This document shows positions 1 to 10,201 of a stretch of 64,000 bases of DNA, one piece after another. A program made the position numbers and the translations under genes. The notes under the pieces are model-generated. The model ran no database searches. It worked only from the letters and a program-made list of their open reading frames with translations, and had not been told where the DNA came from. The stretch's first letter is position 1. Each line of letters starts with the position of its first letter. Origin of the DNA: Desulfurococcales archaeon (lineage in GTDB: Archaea; Thermoproteota; Thermoprotei_A; Sulfolobales; Desulfurococcaceae); contig JALVYU010000031.1 of assembly GCA_027022365.1 (NCBI GenBank), forward strand, positions 128,001 through 192,000, written 5' to 3'.

Positions 1-1
1 C

Positions 2-553
2 GTGATAGGTGGAGACGGAGACCTCGCAAGTATTGGTGGAAACCACTTGCTCCACGCCGCGAGGAGAAACATGGATCTACTGGTTATAATGATAAATAAC
101 CAGGTGTACGGGATGACCCGCGGACAAGCAGCCCCAACAACACCCCATGGAATGATAACGCCGACAACGCCCTACGGCAATCCAGAGAGACCAATGGATG
201 TAGCCTCCATTATTGCTGGTACGAACGCCAACTACGTGGCAAGATGGTGTATCTCACAGTATATCCCTCTGAAAAACAGTATCAAGGATGCACTATCCCG
301 GTATAGCAGGGGTTTCAGGTTCCTAGAAGTATACGCCCCATGCGTAACCTATGTTGTCAGGAGAGAGGGTAAGACACCAGGGGAGAAACTGAAGGAGCTC
401 ATGAAGAAATGCGTCAGAATAAAGACGTGGAGAGAGATGAGTCCCGAAGAGCGAGAAAAACACGTCGCGACAGGAGTCTTCAAGGCCGAGGATAAGCCCG
501 GCTTCATCGAGACATACAAGAAATACATAGCCCAAGCCCTAGGTGAGAAGTGA
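2..553 (+). CDS. korB: 2-oxoacid:ferredoxin oxidoreductase beta subunit (5'-truncated by window edge)
   Basis: TPP-binding GGDGD...IGGNH...NNQVYGMTRGQ motif and C-terminal PCVT. Confidence 0.9.
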   Translation: MIGGDGDLASIGGNHLLHAARRNMDLLVIMINNQVYGMTRGQAAPTTPHGMITPTTPYGNPERPMDVASIIAGTNANYVARWCISQYIPLKNSIKDALSRYSRGFRFLEVYAPCVTYVVRREGKTPGEKLKELMKKCVRIKTWREMSPEEREKHVATGVFKAEDKPGFIETYKKYIAQALGEK

Positions 554-1068
554 TGCGTTCGGCAGGATTTCTCGGGATAGGCGGTCAGGGAATAGTATTT
601 GCAACTACTGTTCTGGGTGGAGCACTTTACAGACTGGGCTACTATGTCGCTCAGCTACAAAACTACGGGGCATCTGTTAGGGGAGGAGCTGTCTATGGAT
701 ATGTGGTCTTCGATGAGGACGAGATAGTTAATCCCTTCATAGAGGAGCTAGAAGTCCTCGTGATACTGCATGAGCAAGGACGCAGAAGATGGGAGAACAT
801 AGTCAGGAAATCCAAGAAGATAATCTACGATAAAGATCTCGTTAAGCCGGTGGAGAACGGGATACCCATGTCGATAGCAGAGGAGGCGGATAAGCATGGT
901 GTCTACAGAGCCCTAAACATGGTTGCCCTCGGCATAGCGTCAAGGATCCTCGGGGTGAAGGGCATTGATGAAGCGGTGGACGAGGTTCTGAGAAGCAGGA
1001 AGAACTATGAGCTAAACATTAAGGCCTATGAGATCGGCTTAGAACTAGCGGGGAGAGCTAGGATTTAG
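550..1068 (+). CDS. 2-oxoacid:ferredoxin oxidoreductase gamma subunit
   Basis: GIGGQG, YGASVRGG and NMVALG motifs; overlaps the beta stop codon. Confidence 0.88.
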   Translation: MMRSAGFLGIGGQGIVFATTVLGGALYRLGYYVAQLQNYGASVRGGAVYGYVVFDEDEIVNPFIEELEVLVILHEQGRRRWENIVRKSKKIIYDKDLVKPVENGIPMSIAEEADKHGVYRALNMVALGIASRILGVKGIDEAVDEVLRSRKNYELNIKAYEIGLELAGRARI

Positions 1069-1298
1069 AGGAGCCCTATCTCTTTGAATAGTTTAAGCGT
1101 TTCTTCAAGCTCCTCTTCATCTATCTTGCTGATCGCGACTCCTGCGTGCACCATTACATAATCTCCTGGCTTAACCGTCTCATCCTCGGCAAGACCCAGT
1201 ATGACCTCCTTACGTACTCCGCCCATCAGTACAGTCGCTACTTTTAGCATTCCCTCACGCCTTATACTGAGAACCTTAGCGGGCACGCCTAGACACAT
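1065..1298 (-). CDS. hypC: Hydrogenase assembly chaperone HypC/HupF
   Basis: N-terminal MCLGVP and GDYVMVHAG motifs; start moved to the MC ATG at 1298. Confidence 0.93.
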   Translation of the reverse strand: MCLGVPAKVLSIRREGMLKVATVLMGGVRKEVILGLAEDETVKPGDYVMVHAGVAISKIDEEELEETLKLFKEIGLL

Positions 1299-1315
1299 GT
1301 TCTCGTCCCCATTCA

Positions 1316-2347
1316 TTAACATATTCGAGGGAGATTTAGTGGGTTAGGCCTAACGATTACCCTGCCGCCGACTTCGGTCACAGCTACAACCCTACCCCTA
1401 AGAATATTGTTCGGTGGCTCTACCACCTCGCCTATTATGGTTGGCTTCTCGCCCATAGCCTTCAGTTCCTTTATAATATCTTCTGCTTTCTCCGGCCTGA
1501 CGCTGAGAACTCCTACTCCTTCGGACGCAACGTTCAATGGATCAACGCCGAGCGCGTCGAGGAACTCTCTCACTTCTTCCCTGACAGGGATACTCGCCCG
1601 ATCTATAATGATCGTCGTGCCCGTCTGGGTGCTCCACTCGTTCAGAATTGCTGCGAGCCCGCCTCGCGTAGGGTCTCGCGCACCCGTAATGTATTCCCTA
1701 TACTTCTTGATTACAGGTAAGACTGTTTTAACGAGGGGCCGGGAGTCACTGCGGAGACCGGTGTTCTCGTCTAGCATTCCCAGTCTGGCGGCTAGTACGG
1801 CGGCGCCGTGCTCGGCTAAGGGGCCGGTCACGACTATCTTGTCCCCGGGCCGCGGCCTGTCGATCAAGGGGTTTTCGGACAAGCCGATCCCTGTGCAGGA
1901 TATTATTATTTTATCTATCTTCCCCTTCGGCATGACCTTGAAGTCCCCACCTATTAGGGCAACGTTGTTCTCTCGTAGAACATTGATCATGCTCTCCACT
2001 ATTTTTTCCAGTGTGTTCTTCTCTAATCCTTCCTCGACTATGATCATGTCCATGAATGCTACCGGGTCAGCAGCCATCATGACTAGATCGTTCAGAACAC
2101 CGGATGCAGCGAGATGCCCTATGTCTCCTCCGGGAAAGAAGAGAGGATCGATTGTGAAGCTATCGCTTGCAAATACTATTGATTTATCACCAATCTTAAT
2201 TGTCGAGCCATCATCTAGAACATCTAGTCCGTAGCCACTAAGCGCTGATCTGAGTCTCGGCGGGGTCTTAGCTACAATTATCTTTTCTATTATTTCAGCC
2301 ATTTCCCTGCCGCCGGCACCGTGTATTATCGTTATTTTATCATCCAT
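1316..2347 (-). CDS. hypE: Hydrogenase maturation carbamoyl dehydratase HypE
   Basis: HGAGG, FPGGDIG, RDPTRGG and C-terminal PRIC; likely start MDDK at 2347. Confidence 0.95.
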   Translation of the reverse strand: MDDKITIIHGAGGREMAEIIEKIIVAKTPPRLRSALSGYGLDVLDDGSTIKIGDKSIVFASDSFTIDPLFFPGGDIGHLAASGVLNDLVMMAADPVAFMDMIIVEEGLEKNTLEKIVESMINVLRENNVALIGGDFKVMPKGKIDKIIISCTGIGLSENPLIDRPRPGDKIVVTGPLAEHGAAVLAARLGMLDENTGLRSDSRPLVKTVLPVIKKYREYITGARDPTRGGLAAILNEWSTQTGTTIIIDRASIPVREEVREFLDALGVDPLNVASEGVGVLSVRPEKAEDIIKELKAMGEKPTIIGEVVEPPNNILRGRVVAVTEVGGRVIVRPNPLNLPRIC

Positions 2348-2428
2348 GCCGCCTTCGCCCCCTATTCTTAACGGGTTTAGCCCTCTAAATAGATGTATTT
2401 CCGGAAAGCCGAATTGCAAGCATTATTG

Positions 2429-3556
2429 TTACTGTGTCTTCTTCCTGTGGACGTGAGTCATTATAGCCATTATAGCGGCGAGGGCTACTATTATGGCTAT
2501 TATTCCGCCGAAAACCTCTTCCTCGGTGAAGGGCATCCTACTTGCTGAGGGGCATATTGCAGAGTATTTTAGCGTTAGATTTTCATTATTATTGATTATT
2601 ATGTGTATGTTGTAGTATCCTGATAATATGTTATTGAAAACCACGTGGAGGTAAATGTTCTTTGTTTCATTAGGGCTCGCTATACCATAGCCGTAGAAAT
2701 AGAACGATATATAGAGATCCTTACCCACACGCCAATGCTTCAGGTCGGATATGTCGTATTTGCAGTAATGTGTTGTTAATTGTAATGTAATCCCGAGCCT
2801 CTTAGCTAAGCAATCATACTTAATGCTGGGCACAAGAGATGACGGATAGACTTCATATAGTGTCTCCGTACTAATACGTTTTGTAACTGTTATGACGAGG
2901 TCTCCGGCGAGATAAGGCTCTACGGGAATGAACAGTGTGATCACTTTTTCAGGCGATGTAATGATGTCTGTGATCGTGTATCCAAGCTGTTGTCCCTTTG
3001 GATTACTAAGCGATATTGTGATACGGTGGTTTGTTAGATTTACAAATGCTATCCTCACCATAGCACTGTAATTGGCTGGGTACGATTGGCCGTTGATCCT
3101 ATGAATAGATACTGGGAACATAACCGTGGCTTTCTCTGCAGTATAGTTGGCTGTGTAGTGGTAGGTGATACGAAGAATATTTTCTCCTATGTGGAGACCG
3201 GACAACACTATTTTATATACAGGTAATATGCCTTGGCCAGCTATATACGTTCTAGTAGTTTGTAACGGAATTATCGTCCTGTTATTGAGTTCGACGATCA
3301 TCATTGATGCTGTAGGCACTTGTGCGGGGAGTAGTATTGTCTGGGCTTCCGTTGTCCGAGAATATATGCCGTACATTATATCCGTATATACTTGCAGAAT
3401 ATTGCCTCTTCCCACTAATGTCACTGATGCCTTCTCATATAAGATCTTAATAGGCGGTGGAGTTTCCAGGGTATTAATGGAAAAGACCATGGGCGATAAT
3501 AATATACTAATGATAAATAGTAGTGCAAATATATTCGTGTAGCGCCAGGTATGCAT
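2429..3556 (-). CDS. Hypothetical cell-surface protein (signal peptide, beta-rich body, C-terminal TM anchor)
   Basis: Hydrophobic N-terminus; C-terminal GGIIAIIVALAAIMAIM followed by basic tail HRKK. Confidence 0.7.
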   Translation of the reverse strand: MHTWRYTNIFALLFIISILLSPMVFSINTLETPPPIKILYEKASVTLVGRGNILQVYTDIMYGIYSRTTEAQTILLPAQVPTASMMIVELNNRTIIPLQTTRTYIAGQGILPVYKIVLSGLHIGENILRITYHYTANYTAEKATVMFPVSIHRINGQSYPANYSAMVRIAFVNLTNHRITISLSNPKGQQLGYTITDIITSPEKVITLFIPVEPYLAGDLVITVTKRISTETLYEVYPSSLVPSIKYDCLAKRLGITLQLTTHYCKYDISDLKHWRVGKDLYISFYFYGYGIASPNETKNIYLHVVFNNILSGYYNIHIIINNNENLTLKYSAICPSASRMPFTEEEVFGGIIAIIVALAAIMAIMTHVHRKKTQ

Positions 3557-3640
3557 TTCGGACTTCCACCAATACGTGTATAGGGGTCTATTGATATTCT
3601 GTAGCTATACGTATTTTTATACTATTATCGCAGAGCAACC

Positions 3641-4180
3641 CTAGTCATTGATTCTTCTCGACATACTCTTGTCTAGAGCGATCTGGATAGCTGTGACAAG
3701 TTCCATGACTGCTTTCTTGACACTATCCGATAGCTCCATTCCAATATCGAGTTTTTCGGCTATAATTGCCACTACGTAGAAGTCCTTGGCAGGAGTTTCT
3801 TTTTCCAGTAGTTTGAGTAGTAGCCTTATCGGGACGTTATGTGTGGTCGCGAGGGCGAAGGGCTCCTTTATGTTCCGGATACTCGACAGTATTATGGTTC
3901 CAGGCGGGACGCCCTCAGCATATCCCGCATCGATCATTATTATGCCTCTAGGTTTTGAACCGATTATTCTATCGAGGCAGGTCTCCAGCCCATACTCGCA
4001 CTCGATAAGACGGCTATCTCTAACACCTTTTTTCGCTAGCTGATCACATACCTCGAGGCCAGCCCTGTCATCTGATCGTAGAGGCGAGCCTACACAGGCT
4101 ATTATGTATTTGTTGCTCAGTTTTTCCACAAGGAACTTGAGAAGTTCTTCACTGCTCGGTCTAATTATCGGTTCTGACAT
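3641..4180 (-). CDS. Hydrogenase maturation protease (HycI/HyaD family)
   Basis: VGSPLRSDDRAG, IIMIDAG and TTHNVP motifs. Confidence 0.88.
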   Translation of the reverse strand: MSEPIIRPSSEELLKFLVEKLSNKYIIACVGSPLRSDDRAGLEVCDQLAKKGVRDSRLIECEYGLETCLDRIIGSKPRGIIMIDAGYAEGVPPGTIILSSIRNIKEPFALATTHNVPIRLLLKLLEKETPAKDFYVVAIIAEKLDIGMELSDSVKKAVMELVTAIQIALDKSMSRRIND

Positions 4181-4274
4181 GTCTCTTCAACTGGGCATGT
4201 GTTCTCCTAATAATCTAGTTTTTCATCTAGAAGCAAGAAAAAAGGGTTTAACAGGGTGTTGTGGAAAAAAGGAT

Positions 4275-5333
4275 TTACTTTGGAGCGTTAGCCGCGCGCT
4301 TGAGCAGGTCTTCCCAGACGAGATCCACGTATTCCTGGAACTTCTTGAGGAGCTCCCTGTTCTCAGGCTTAAGTAGGTGTTTGAACCTGCCTTGTACCTC
4401 TACGAATTTCTCTATCGGCTGTTTTAGGCTTGGATTCCTAGCAATTGCTAGGCTTCTATCGGTCAGCATGTATCCTGTCTCTGGAGTCCACTCCCATAGC
4501 GGGAAGTAGCATGTGTCAACGGCTCTTCTCGCTATCTCTATGGCGAGTTCTGTGCCGTGCCTCCATCCACGATCACATGGGCTTAGGGCGTGGATGAATG
4601 CCGGGCCATCGACCTCTATTCCCTTTCTAACCTTTTTCATGAGGTCTAGCCAATGGGCTGGCGTGGCTGTTGCCACGTATGGTATGCGGTGTGCAACCAT
4701 TATGTCGGCTATTGGTTTCTTGGCCTGCTGCTTGCCGGGTATGACTTTGCCTACCGGGCTGGTCGTGGTCCATGCGAATGGCGGTGTTCCACCGCTCCTC
4801 TGTATACCCGTGTTCATGTATGCCTCGTTGTCGTATAGGATGTACAGGAAGTCGTGGCCACGCTCCGCCGCTCCGCTGAGGGCCTGGAACCCGATGTCGA
4901 AGGTGCCTCCGTCTCCTCCGAAGATCACTACGTCGACGTGCTCGTAGGGTAATCTACCAGTCTTCTTGAGCGCTTTGATAGCGGCTTCAACACCGCTACC
5001 CGTCGAGGCGGCGTTCTCGAAAGCGTTGTGTATCCATGGTACTGCCCAGCTGGTGTAGGGGAAGATGGTCGTCGCTACTTCAAGGCATCCGGTGGCGTTG
5101 ACGACTATTGTTGGGCCTCTGAACGCGAAGCTGGCCAGCTTGACTATTATGGGGGCTGCACAGCCTGCACATAGCCTGTGGCCGGGTAGTAGCGCTGGCC
5201 TCTTCTGCTCTGCGAGCTGTCTCGGATTCAGTATTAGCGGTAACTCGCCTTTCCAGCCGGGCTCGAATATCCATAGCTTATACGCGGGCTCGCCCTTCTT
5301 GATCGGGACCTGGGGTAGGGTCTGCTTGGGCAT
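4275..5333 (-). CDS. porB: Pyruvate/2-ketoisovalerate:ferredoxin oxidoreductase beta subunit
   Basis: GHRLCAGC, ATGCLEV, GGDGG, DNEAYMNTGIQRS. Confidence 0.9.
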   Translation of the reverse strand: MPKQTLPQVPIKKGEPAYKLWIFEPGWKGELPLILNPRQLAEQKRPALLPGHRLCAGCAAPIIVKLASFAFRGPTIVVNATGCLEVATTIFPYTSWAVPWIHNAFENAASTGSGVEAAIKALKKTGRLPYEHVDVVIFGGDGGTFDIGFQALSGAAERGHDFLYILYDNEAYMNTGIQRSGGTPPFAWTTTSPVGKVIPGKQQAKKPIADIMVAHRIPYVATATPAHWLDLMKKVRKGIEVDGPAFIHALSPCDRGWRHGTELAIEIARRAVDTCYFPLWEWTPETGYMLTDRSLAIARNPSLKQPIEKFVEVQGRFKHLLKPENRELLKKFQEYVDLVWEDLLKRAANAPK

Positions 5334-5352
5334 GTCTCGATACACCCCCTTC

Positions 5353-6615
5353 TTACTCTCTTACACCTAGGAATCTGAGCTTCTCCTTCACCTCTCCGGT
5401 CTTGGCTATCTCGAGGAGCTCCATGAACATCTTCTCGATCATCTCTGGCTGCGCGTCTCTGCCTCCGAGGCCGTAGACATAGTTTACTAGTAGTGGTCTC
5501 TCCTTTAGATCGTATAGTGCTGTGCTTATGTCGAGGAAGCTTGGACCATAGCTTCCGAAGCTTATTCCGCGGTCCATGACACCCACTACTTTGACGCCTT
5601 TCAATAGTTCTGCCAGCTCTTTGTGCGGGAATGGCCTGAACAGCCTTATCCTGATAGTGCCTACCTTGTAGCCCCTGCTCCTCAGCTTCTTCACGATGTG
5701 CCTCACGGTTCCGCCTGTGCTTCCCAGCACGGTCACTACTACGTCGGCATCTTCTACGCCGTAGGGTACTAGTACGCCGTCACCGTACTTTCTCCCGGTT
5801 AGCTCGTACCATTTCTCATTAACTTCTCTGACCACTTCTGGGACGCGCTTCATCGCCTCGATCTGGTGCATCTTGTGCTCGTAGTAGTAGTCGTACAGGT
5901 CTAGTGGCCCGAAGCTCAGCGGTCTGGCTGGGTTTAGGATTAATGGTACTTCCTCGTCGAAGTAGTCTACCTTTACCTTGGGGTAGGTCTTCCTGTAGCC
6001 GCCTAGGAACTTGTGTACTTCCTCGTCGGGCAGCATCCTGATGTTCTCGAGGGTGTGGCTTAGGAAGAACCCGTCCAGATTGACGGCTACAGGTAGGAGT
6101 ACTCTCTCATCCTCTGCTATCTTGAATGCCTGTATTGTTGTGTCGTAGGCTTCCTGCACGTTCTCAACAAAGATCTGTATCCATCCGCTGTCCCTCATAC
6201 CGTACGCATCGCTGTGATCGTTGTGTATGTTGATGGGTGCGGATAGTGCACGGTTGGCTACCGCCAACACTATCGGGAGCCTTAGGCTTGCAGCGATGTA
6301 GAGTATCTCCCACATCAGTGCAAGGCCGTTAGCAGCTGTGGCTGTGAATGCTCGTGCACCCGCAGCGGCTGCACCGACACATGCGCTCATAGCGCTGTGC
6401 TCGCTCTCTACAGGGACGAATTCTGTGTGTACTTCGCCGTTGGCCACGAACTCCGAGAACTTCTCAACAATGATTGTCTGGGGTGTGATCGGGTATGCGG
6501 CCACTACGTCTACAAGGCTCTGCTTGGCTGCATAGGCTACTGCTTCGTCACCGTTAACGGTCATAAGGATCTGTTTCTCAGGGGGGATCTTGGGGGTTTT
6601 GACTGCTTCAGTCAT
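5353..6615 (-). CDS. porA: Pyruvate/2-ketoisovalerate:ferredoxin oxidoreductase alpha subunit
   Basis: YPITPQT, VESEHSA, DGFFLSH, YGLGGRD. Confidence 0.9.
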   Translation of the reverse strand: MTEAVKTPKIPPEKQILMTVNGDEAVAYAAKQSLVDVVAAYPITPQTIIVEKFSEFVANGEVHTEFVPVESEHSAMSACVGAAAAGARAFTATAANGLALMWEILYIAASLRLPIVLAVANRALSAPINIHNDHSDAYGMRDSGWIQIFVENVQEAYDTTIQAFKIAEDERVLLPVAVNLDGFFLSHTLENIRMLPDEEVHKFLGGYRKTYPKVKVDYFDEEVPLILNPARPLSFGPLDLYDYYYEHKMHQIEAMKRVPEVVREVNEKWYELTGRKYGDGVLVPYGVEDADVVVTVLGSTGGTVRHIVKKLRSRGYKVGTIRIRLFRPFPHKELAELLKGVKVVGVMDRGISFGSYGPSFLDISTALYDLKERPLLVNYVYGLGGRDAQPEMIEKMFMELLEIAKTGEVKEKLRFLGVRE

Positions 6616-6638
6616 ACATGTACACCTCCAGGGGGATC

Positions 6639-6917
6639 TTACTCTGTGGGTTCGGGCTCCATTGTTATTGCTTTAACCGGGCACTCATGGGCACAGAGGC
6701 CACAGCCCTTACAGTAGTCGTAATTAATGATTATTTTCTCCCCGTCCCAGATCACGGCCATGTCTGGACAGTATATCCAGCACAGCATGCACTTGACGCA
6801 CTTGCTGTGATCCACAACGGGTCTCAGCGCTCTCCAGTCACCTGTCTTGTAGTCGGTTGATAGTCTGAAGGGTACGGCTCCAATGGGGAGTTCTTTATAG
6901 CCACGTAGCTCGGCCAT
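6639..6917 (-). CDS. porD: Pyruvate:ferredoxin oxidoreductase delta subunit (2x[4Fe-4S])
   Basis: TGDWR, CVKCMLCWIYCP and CKGCGLCAHECP. Confidence 0.92.
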   Translation of the reverse strand: MAELRGYKELPIGAVPFRLSTDYKTGDWRALRPVVDHSKCVKCMLCWIYCPDMAVIWDGEKIIINYDYCKGCGLCAHECPVKAITMEPEPTE

Positions 6918-6921
6918 TGGG

Positions 6922-7485
6922 TCACACCTCCCGGGCCAACTCATACGCTTTCTTTACGAGCTCGATGTTCTTCTCGGCCAGCGGGCCTGGGAATCTCTTC
7001 TTAATTGCCTCCTCAAGGCTCCCCCAGCTGGTGAGTTTTGACGCCTTGAGGAGGGCACCGATCATGGCGGTGTTGGTGATCGGTCTCTTAAGGATCTCGA
7101 GTGCTAGCTTGGTCGCCGGGGTTATATAGACCTTGTACTCGCCCTTGCTAATACCTATATTATTATAAAGTTTCTCGGCATCACCCTCATAGTTGACAAC
7201 AATTATCCCGCCCTTCTTGAGTCCCTGTGTAACATTGACGTTCTTTAACAGTGTAGGATCTAGTACAACAACTATGTCGGGCTCGTAGACCATACTATGG
7301 ATTTCGATAGGCTCCTCGCTTATCCTAGTAAACGCTAGGACTGGCGCGCCACTTCTCTCAGGACCAAACGCTGGGAAGCTCTGGACATGCTTGCCATCAA
7401 TAGCTGCGGCCATCGCGAGGATATTCGACGCGGTCCAGGCGCCCTGGCCTCCTCGGCCATGCCAACGAACTTCGATTAACGCCAT
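6922..7485 (-). CDS. porG: Pyruvate:ferredoxin oxidoreductase gamma subunit
   Basis: HGRGGQG, FGPERSGAP, NTAMIGA. Confidence 0.92.
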   Translation of the reverse strand: MALIEVRWHGRGGQGAWTASNILAMAAAIDGKHVQSFPAFGPERSGAPVLAFTRISEEPIEIHSMVYEPDIVVVLDPTLLKNVNVTQGLKKGGIIVVNYEGDAEKLYNNIGISKGEYKVYITPATKLALEILKRPITNTAMIGALLKASKLTSWGSLEEAIKKRFPGPLAEKNIELVKKAYELAREV

Positions 7486-7489
7486 ATCT

Positions 7490-7865
7490 GATCATCTCCA
7501 TTAAGCCGTCTAAAGGATTAAGATATACTATTGTCTTACTCAATCCGAGATTATGAATACTATTGAATAAAAGTGTTCTTTCGGGAATACAATGGAGTCC
7601 TTATTTATTTATCCATTGATCCTTATTGTTTTACAGGCTAGATTGTATTAATAACGTGTTATAATGTGATTTAACGGTTTTATAATTTTAAATAACGACA
7701 CCAAATACAATTCTTATAAAGAATTACATTTTCTGTATTAACGAAGATTTTTTCATACAGATTATTTTTTATTTTTTAAAATAAATGATTTAAAATTATT
7801 GAACTAACAAAATATTTAACTTACATAATTAATTAATAAATTAATTGAACCCACTTAGGGGGGAG
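7490..7865. promoter_or_regulatory. Very AT-rich divergent promoter region between the por operon and the sugar ABC operon
   Basis: About 380 bp non-coding with several TATA-like tracts; inverted repeats ATAAC-GT-GTTAT (7651-7662) and AATTCTT-ATA-AAGAATT (7709-7725). Confidence 0.55.
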
Positions 7866-7869
7866 TGAT

Positions 7870-9216
7870 ATGAGATTGAGTAGAGCCGTATCAAAGGTCG
7901 CAGCTTATATAGTTATTGCTGTAATTATAACGGCTATTGTTACAGGATCGGCTGTATACTTGGCTATGCGGGAACATATGCCCACACATACCGTGACTAC
8001 TACAATATACAAAACAACAACTCAGACTCAAACACAGACACAGACTACTGCATCGCCGACTGGTCCGACCGTAACATTAATGGTTTACGGTCCATGGGCA
8101 GGCGATGAGGCGAAATACTTCCAAGCCGTCATTAATGCGTATGAGAAACTACATCCCAACGTCAAGATCAAATATGTAACGATGAGAGCCGAAGATTTAG
8201 CGGCAGCAATGCCTATTCAGTTCGCGGCCCATACGTCGCCCGCCGACGTTATCTTCACGCCATGGGCGTGGTGGATAGTCAAGATGGCGCAGAAGGGCTA
8301 CGTCGAAGACTTATCCAATGTCATCAATGCCAATGAATACATACCAAGTATAGTCAAGAAGGTTGAGTGGGATGGCAAACTCTGGGCGGCACCGTTCACA
8401 ATGTGGCTAAAGCCGGGATTCTGGTATAGGAAATCATTCTTCGAGAAATACGGGCTACAGCCGCCGAAGACTTGGCAGGACTTCCTTAATCTGCTTGACA
8501 AGCTCAAAAAGATACCCGGCATAAAGAACCCGATAGTATCAGGCGACAGCACGGGCTGGCCTCTCAGCGACATTGTCGAGCACTTCATAATAACATTCGG
8601 TGGTCCACAGCTACAGCTCGACCTCATATCGGGCAAGGTGAAGTTTAACGATCCCAAGGTAAAGGAGATATTCGAGAAATACCTTATACCGCTCATAAAG
8701 AATGGAGACTTCAGCCCACCGATAGAATGGACTACCGCGGTACAATTATGGTGGGATGAGAAGTACGGCCTATACTTTATGGGTACATGGATCACGGGAA
8801 TGGTTAAAGACCCGAACGACCTAGCGTTCTTCACACTACCTGGCTGTAAAGGCATAGTTGGAGGAGCAGACTACGCCTTCGTCCCGAAGTATGCTCCACA
8901 CCTACAGGAGGCACTGGACTTCATAAAATTCGTCGCTACTAAGGGCCAGGAAATACACGCAGCACAGCCATCAGGCAAGATACCGACATGGCTGAAAGCG
9001 GATCCGAACAAAATATGGGGTCCAATGAAGCAAGTTTACATGACGGTTAAGGAGAAAGGCCTTGAGATACTGCCGGATCTCGATGACAGCGTGGGCGGTG
9101 ACTGGCAGAAGCTGTTCTGGGACCAGCTGAAGCTACTATGGGTTAACCCCGATAAGCTTGACCAAGTACTGAATACGCTAGCACAGCAATTCCCGTATAA
9201 GCAAACCTCATCTTAA
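7870..9216 (+). CDS. Carbohydrate ABC transporter substrate-binding protein
   Basis: N-terminal TM plus Thr/Gln linker; GPWAGDE, PPKTWQDF; precedes sugar permeases. Confidence 0.9.
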   Translation: MRLSRAVSKVAAYIVIAVIITAIVTGSAVYLAMREHMPTHTVTTTIYKTTTQTQTQTQTTASPTGPTVTLMVYGPWAGDEAKYFQAVINAYEKLHPNVKIKYVTMRAEDLAAAMPIQFAAHTSPADVIFTPWAWWIVKMAQKGYVEDLSNVINANEYIPSIVKKVEWDGKLWAAPFTMWLKPGFWYRKSFFEKYGLQPPKTWQDFLNLLDKLKKIPGIKNPIVSGDSTGWPLSDIVEHFIITFGGPQLQLDLISGKVKFNDPKVKEIFEKYLIPLIKNGDFSPPIEWTTAVQLWWDEKYGLYFMGTWITGMVKDPNDLAFFTLPGCKGIVGGADYAFVPKYAPHLQEALDFIKFVATKGQEIHAAQPSGKIPTWLKADPNKIWGPMKQVYMTVKEKGLEILPDLDDSVGGDWQKLFWDQLKLLWVNPDKLDQVLNTLAQQFPYKQTSS

Positions 9217-9223
9217 CACTAGT

Positions 9224-9233
9224 CCCTTTTTTT
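9224..9233 (+). terminator. Putative oligo-U terminator after the binding-protein gene
   Basis: CCCTTTTTTT 8 nt after the stop codon. Confidence 0.4.
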
Positions 9234-9301
9234 ACCTTATACGTTGTCGTGCTTTCGAATCTTTGACCCTGTGTGTAACGTGGATAGTGGAGGGTTGATG
9301 A

Positions 9302-10201
9302 ATGAGTAAGAAAATAAATATAAAGAAGCGGTACCTAGCGCTCTTTCTTATACCCGGGTTTACACTGGTGGCGATATTTGTCATCAGTCCCATTATTGGT
9401 ACATTTATAATTAGCTTTGAGACTCCTAGTGGTTTTGGCCTGTCGAACTATTACTCGGTAATAACCCAGACATCTCCTACTAAGGCATTGGTTCTTCTAA
9501 ACGATATGCCTAGGCCGCCGCCATGGGGAGCGCTAATACATAACCTGGTGTGGACGGCAATACATTTACCGACAACAACGTTTCTAGGATTGGTACTAGC
9601 CTATCTGCTAAGAAGGGTTTATGGTAGATCTATTGTCAAATCCATAATGTTTATTGGAATGGTCATCCCGATGGTTGTTGGAGGACTCATTATCAGGTTC
9701 ATGTTCGATAAATTCATAGGTATTGTCCCAAACTTGTGCGGGCTCATAGGCTTAACCTGGCTGGACAAGTCTTGGACTTCTTATCCTGACACAGCCCTTC
9801 TAGCATTGATTATAGGATCTGTATGGCTCTGGACAGGGTTTAGCTTAACAATACATGCGGCCGCAATAGATTCTCTCCCTAAAACATATATCGAGGCGGC
9901 GAAAATCGATGGAGCGAGCGATTGGCAGATCTTCTGGAAGATAATAGTTCCCTCAGTCAGAGCCGCGACGCTCACTGTAATAGTGATGACGATGCTGTGG
10001 GATCTCAAGATATTCGACATAGTATACGCTGCGACGAAGGGAGGCCCGGGAGGAGCTTCTACAGTGCTCGCGTTCGTGATGTGGCTGTATTTCGCACTTG
10101 ATCTCGACTATGGCAAGGCTGCGGCTGTGGCAGTGATACTGACCCTGCTGACCCTGATCCCCGCCGCAATATATATCAGGCAGGTGATGAAGCGTGGCTA
10201 G
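9302..10201 (+). CDS. Carbohydrate ABC transporter permease (MalF-like)
   Basis: EAAKIDGAS EAA loop, multiple TM segments. Confidence 0.92.
   Translation: MSKKINIKKRYLALFLIPGFTLVAIFVISPIIGTFIISFETPSGFGLSNYYSVITQTSPTKALVLLNDMPRPPPWGALIHNLVWTAIHLPTTTFLGLVLAYLLRRVYGRSIVKSIMFIGMVIPMVVGGLIIRFMFDKFIGIVPNLCGLIGLTWLDKSWTSYPDTALLALIIGSVWLWTGFSLTIHAAAIDSLPKTYIEAAKIDGASDWQIFWKIIVPSVRAATLTVIVMTMLWDLKIFDIVYAATKGGPGGASTVLAFVMWLYFALDLDYGKAAAVAVILTLLTLIPAAIYIRQVMKRG

Noticed and set aside
1407-2234. 275-aa plus-strand ORF, and the many similar Ser/Ile-rich ORFs opposite real genes (e.g. 8298..8855, 18561..18953, 56658..57053, 63179..63823)
   Set aside because: Antisense shadows of well-supported genes; no motifs, and composition typical of reverse-complement frames
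8014-8050. ACTCAG/ACACAG-like repeats, and similar ACCACT repeats at about 49870-49965
   Set aside because: They encode Thr/Gln/Ser linkers with varied codons; not independent tandem repeats or CRISPR
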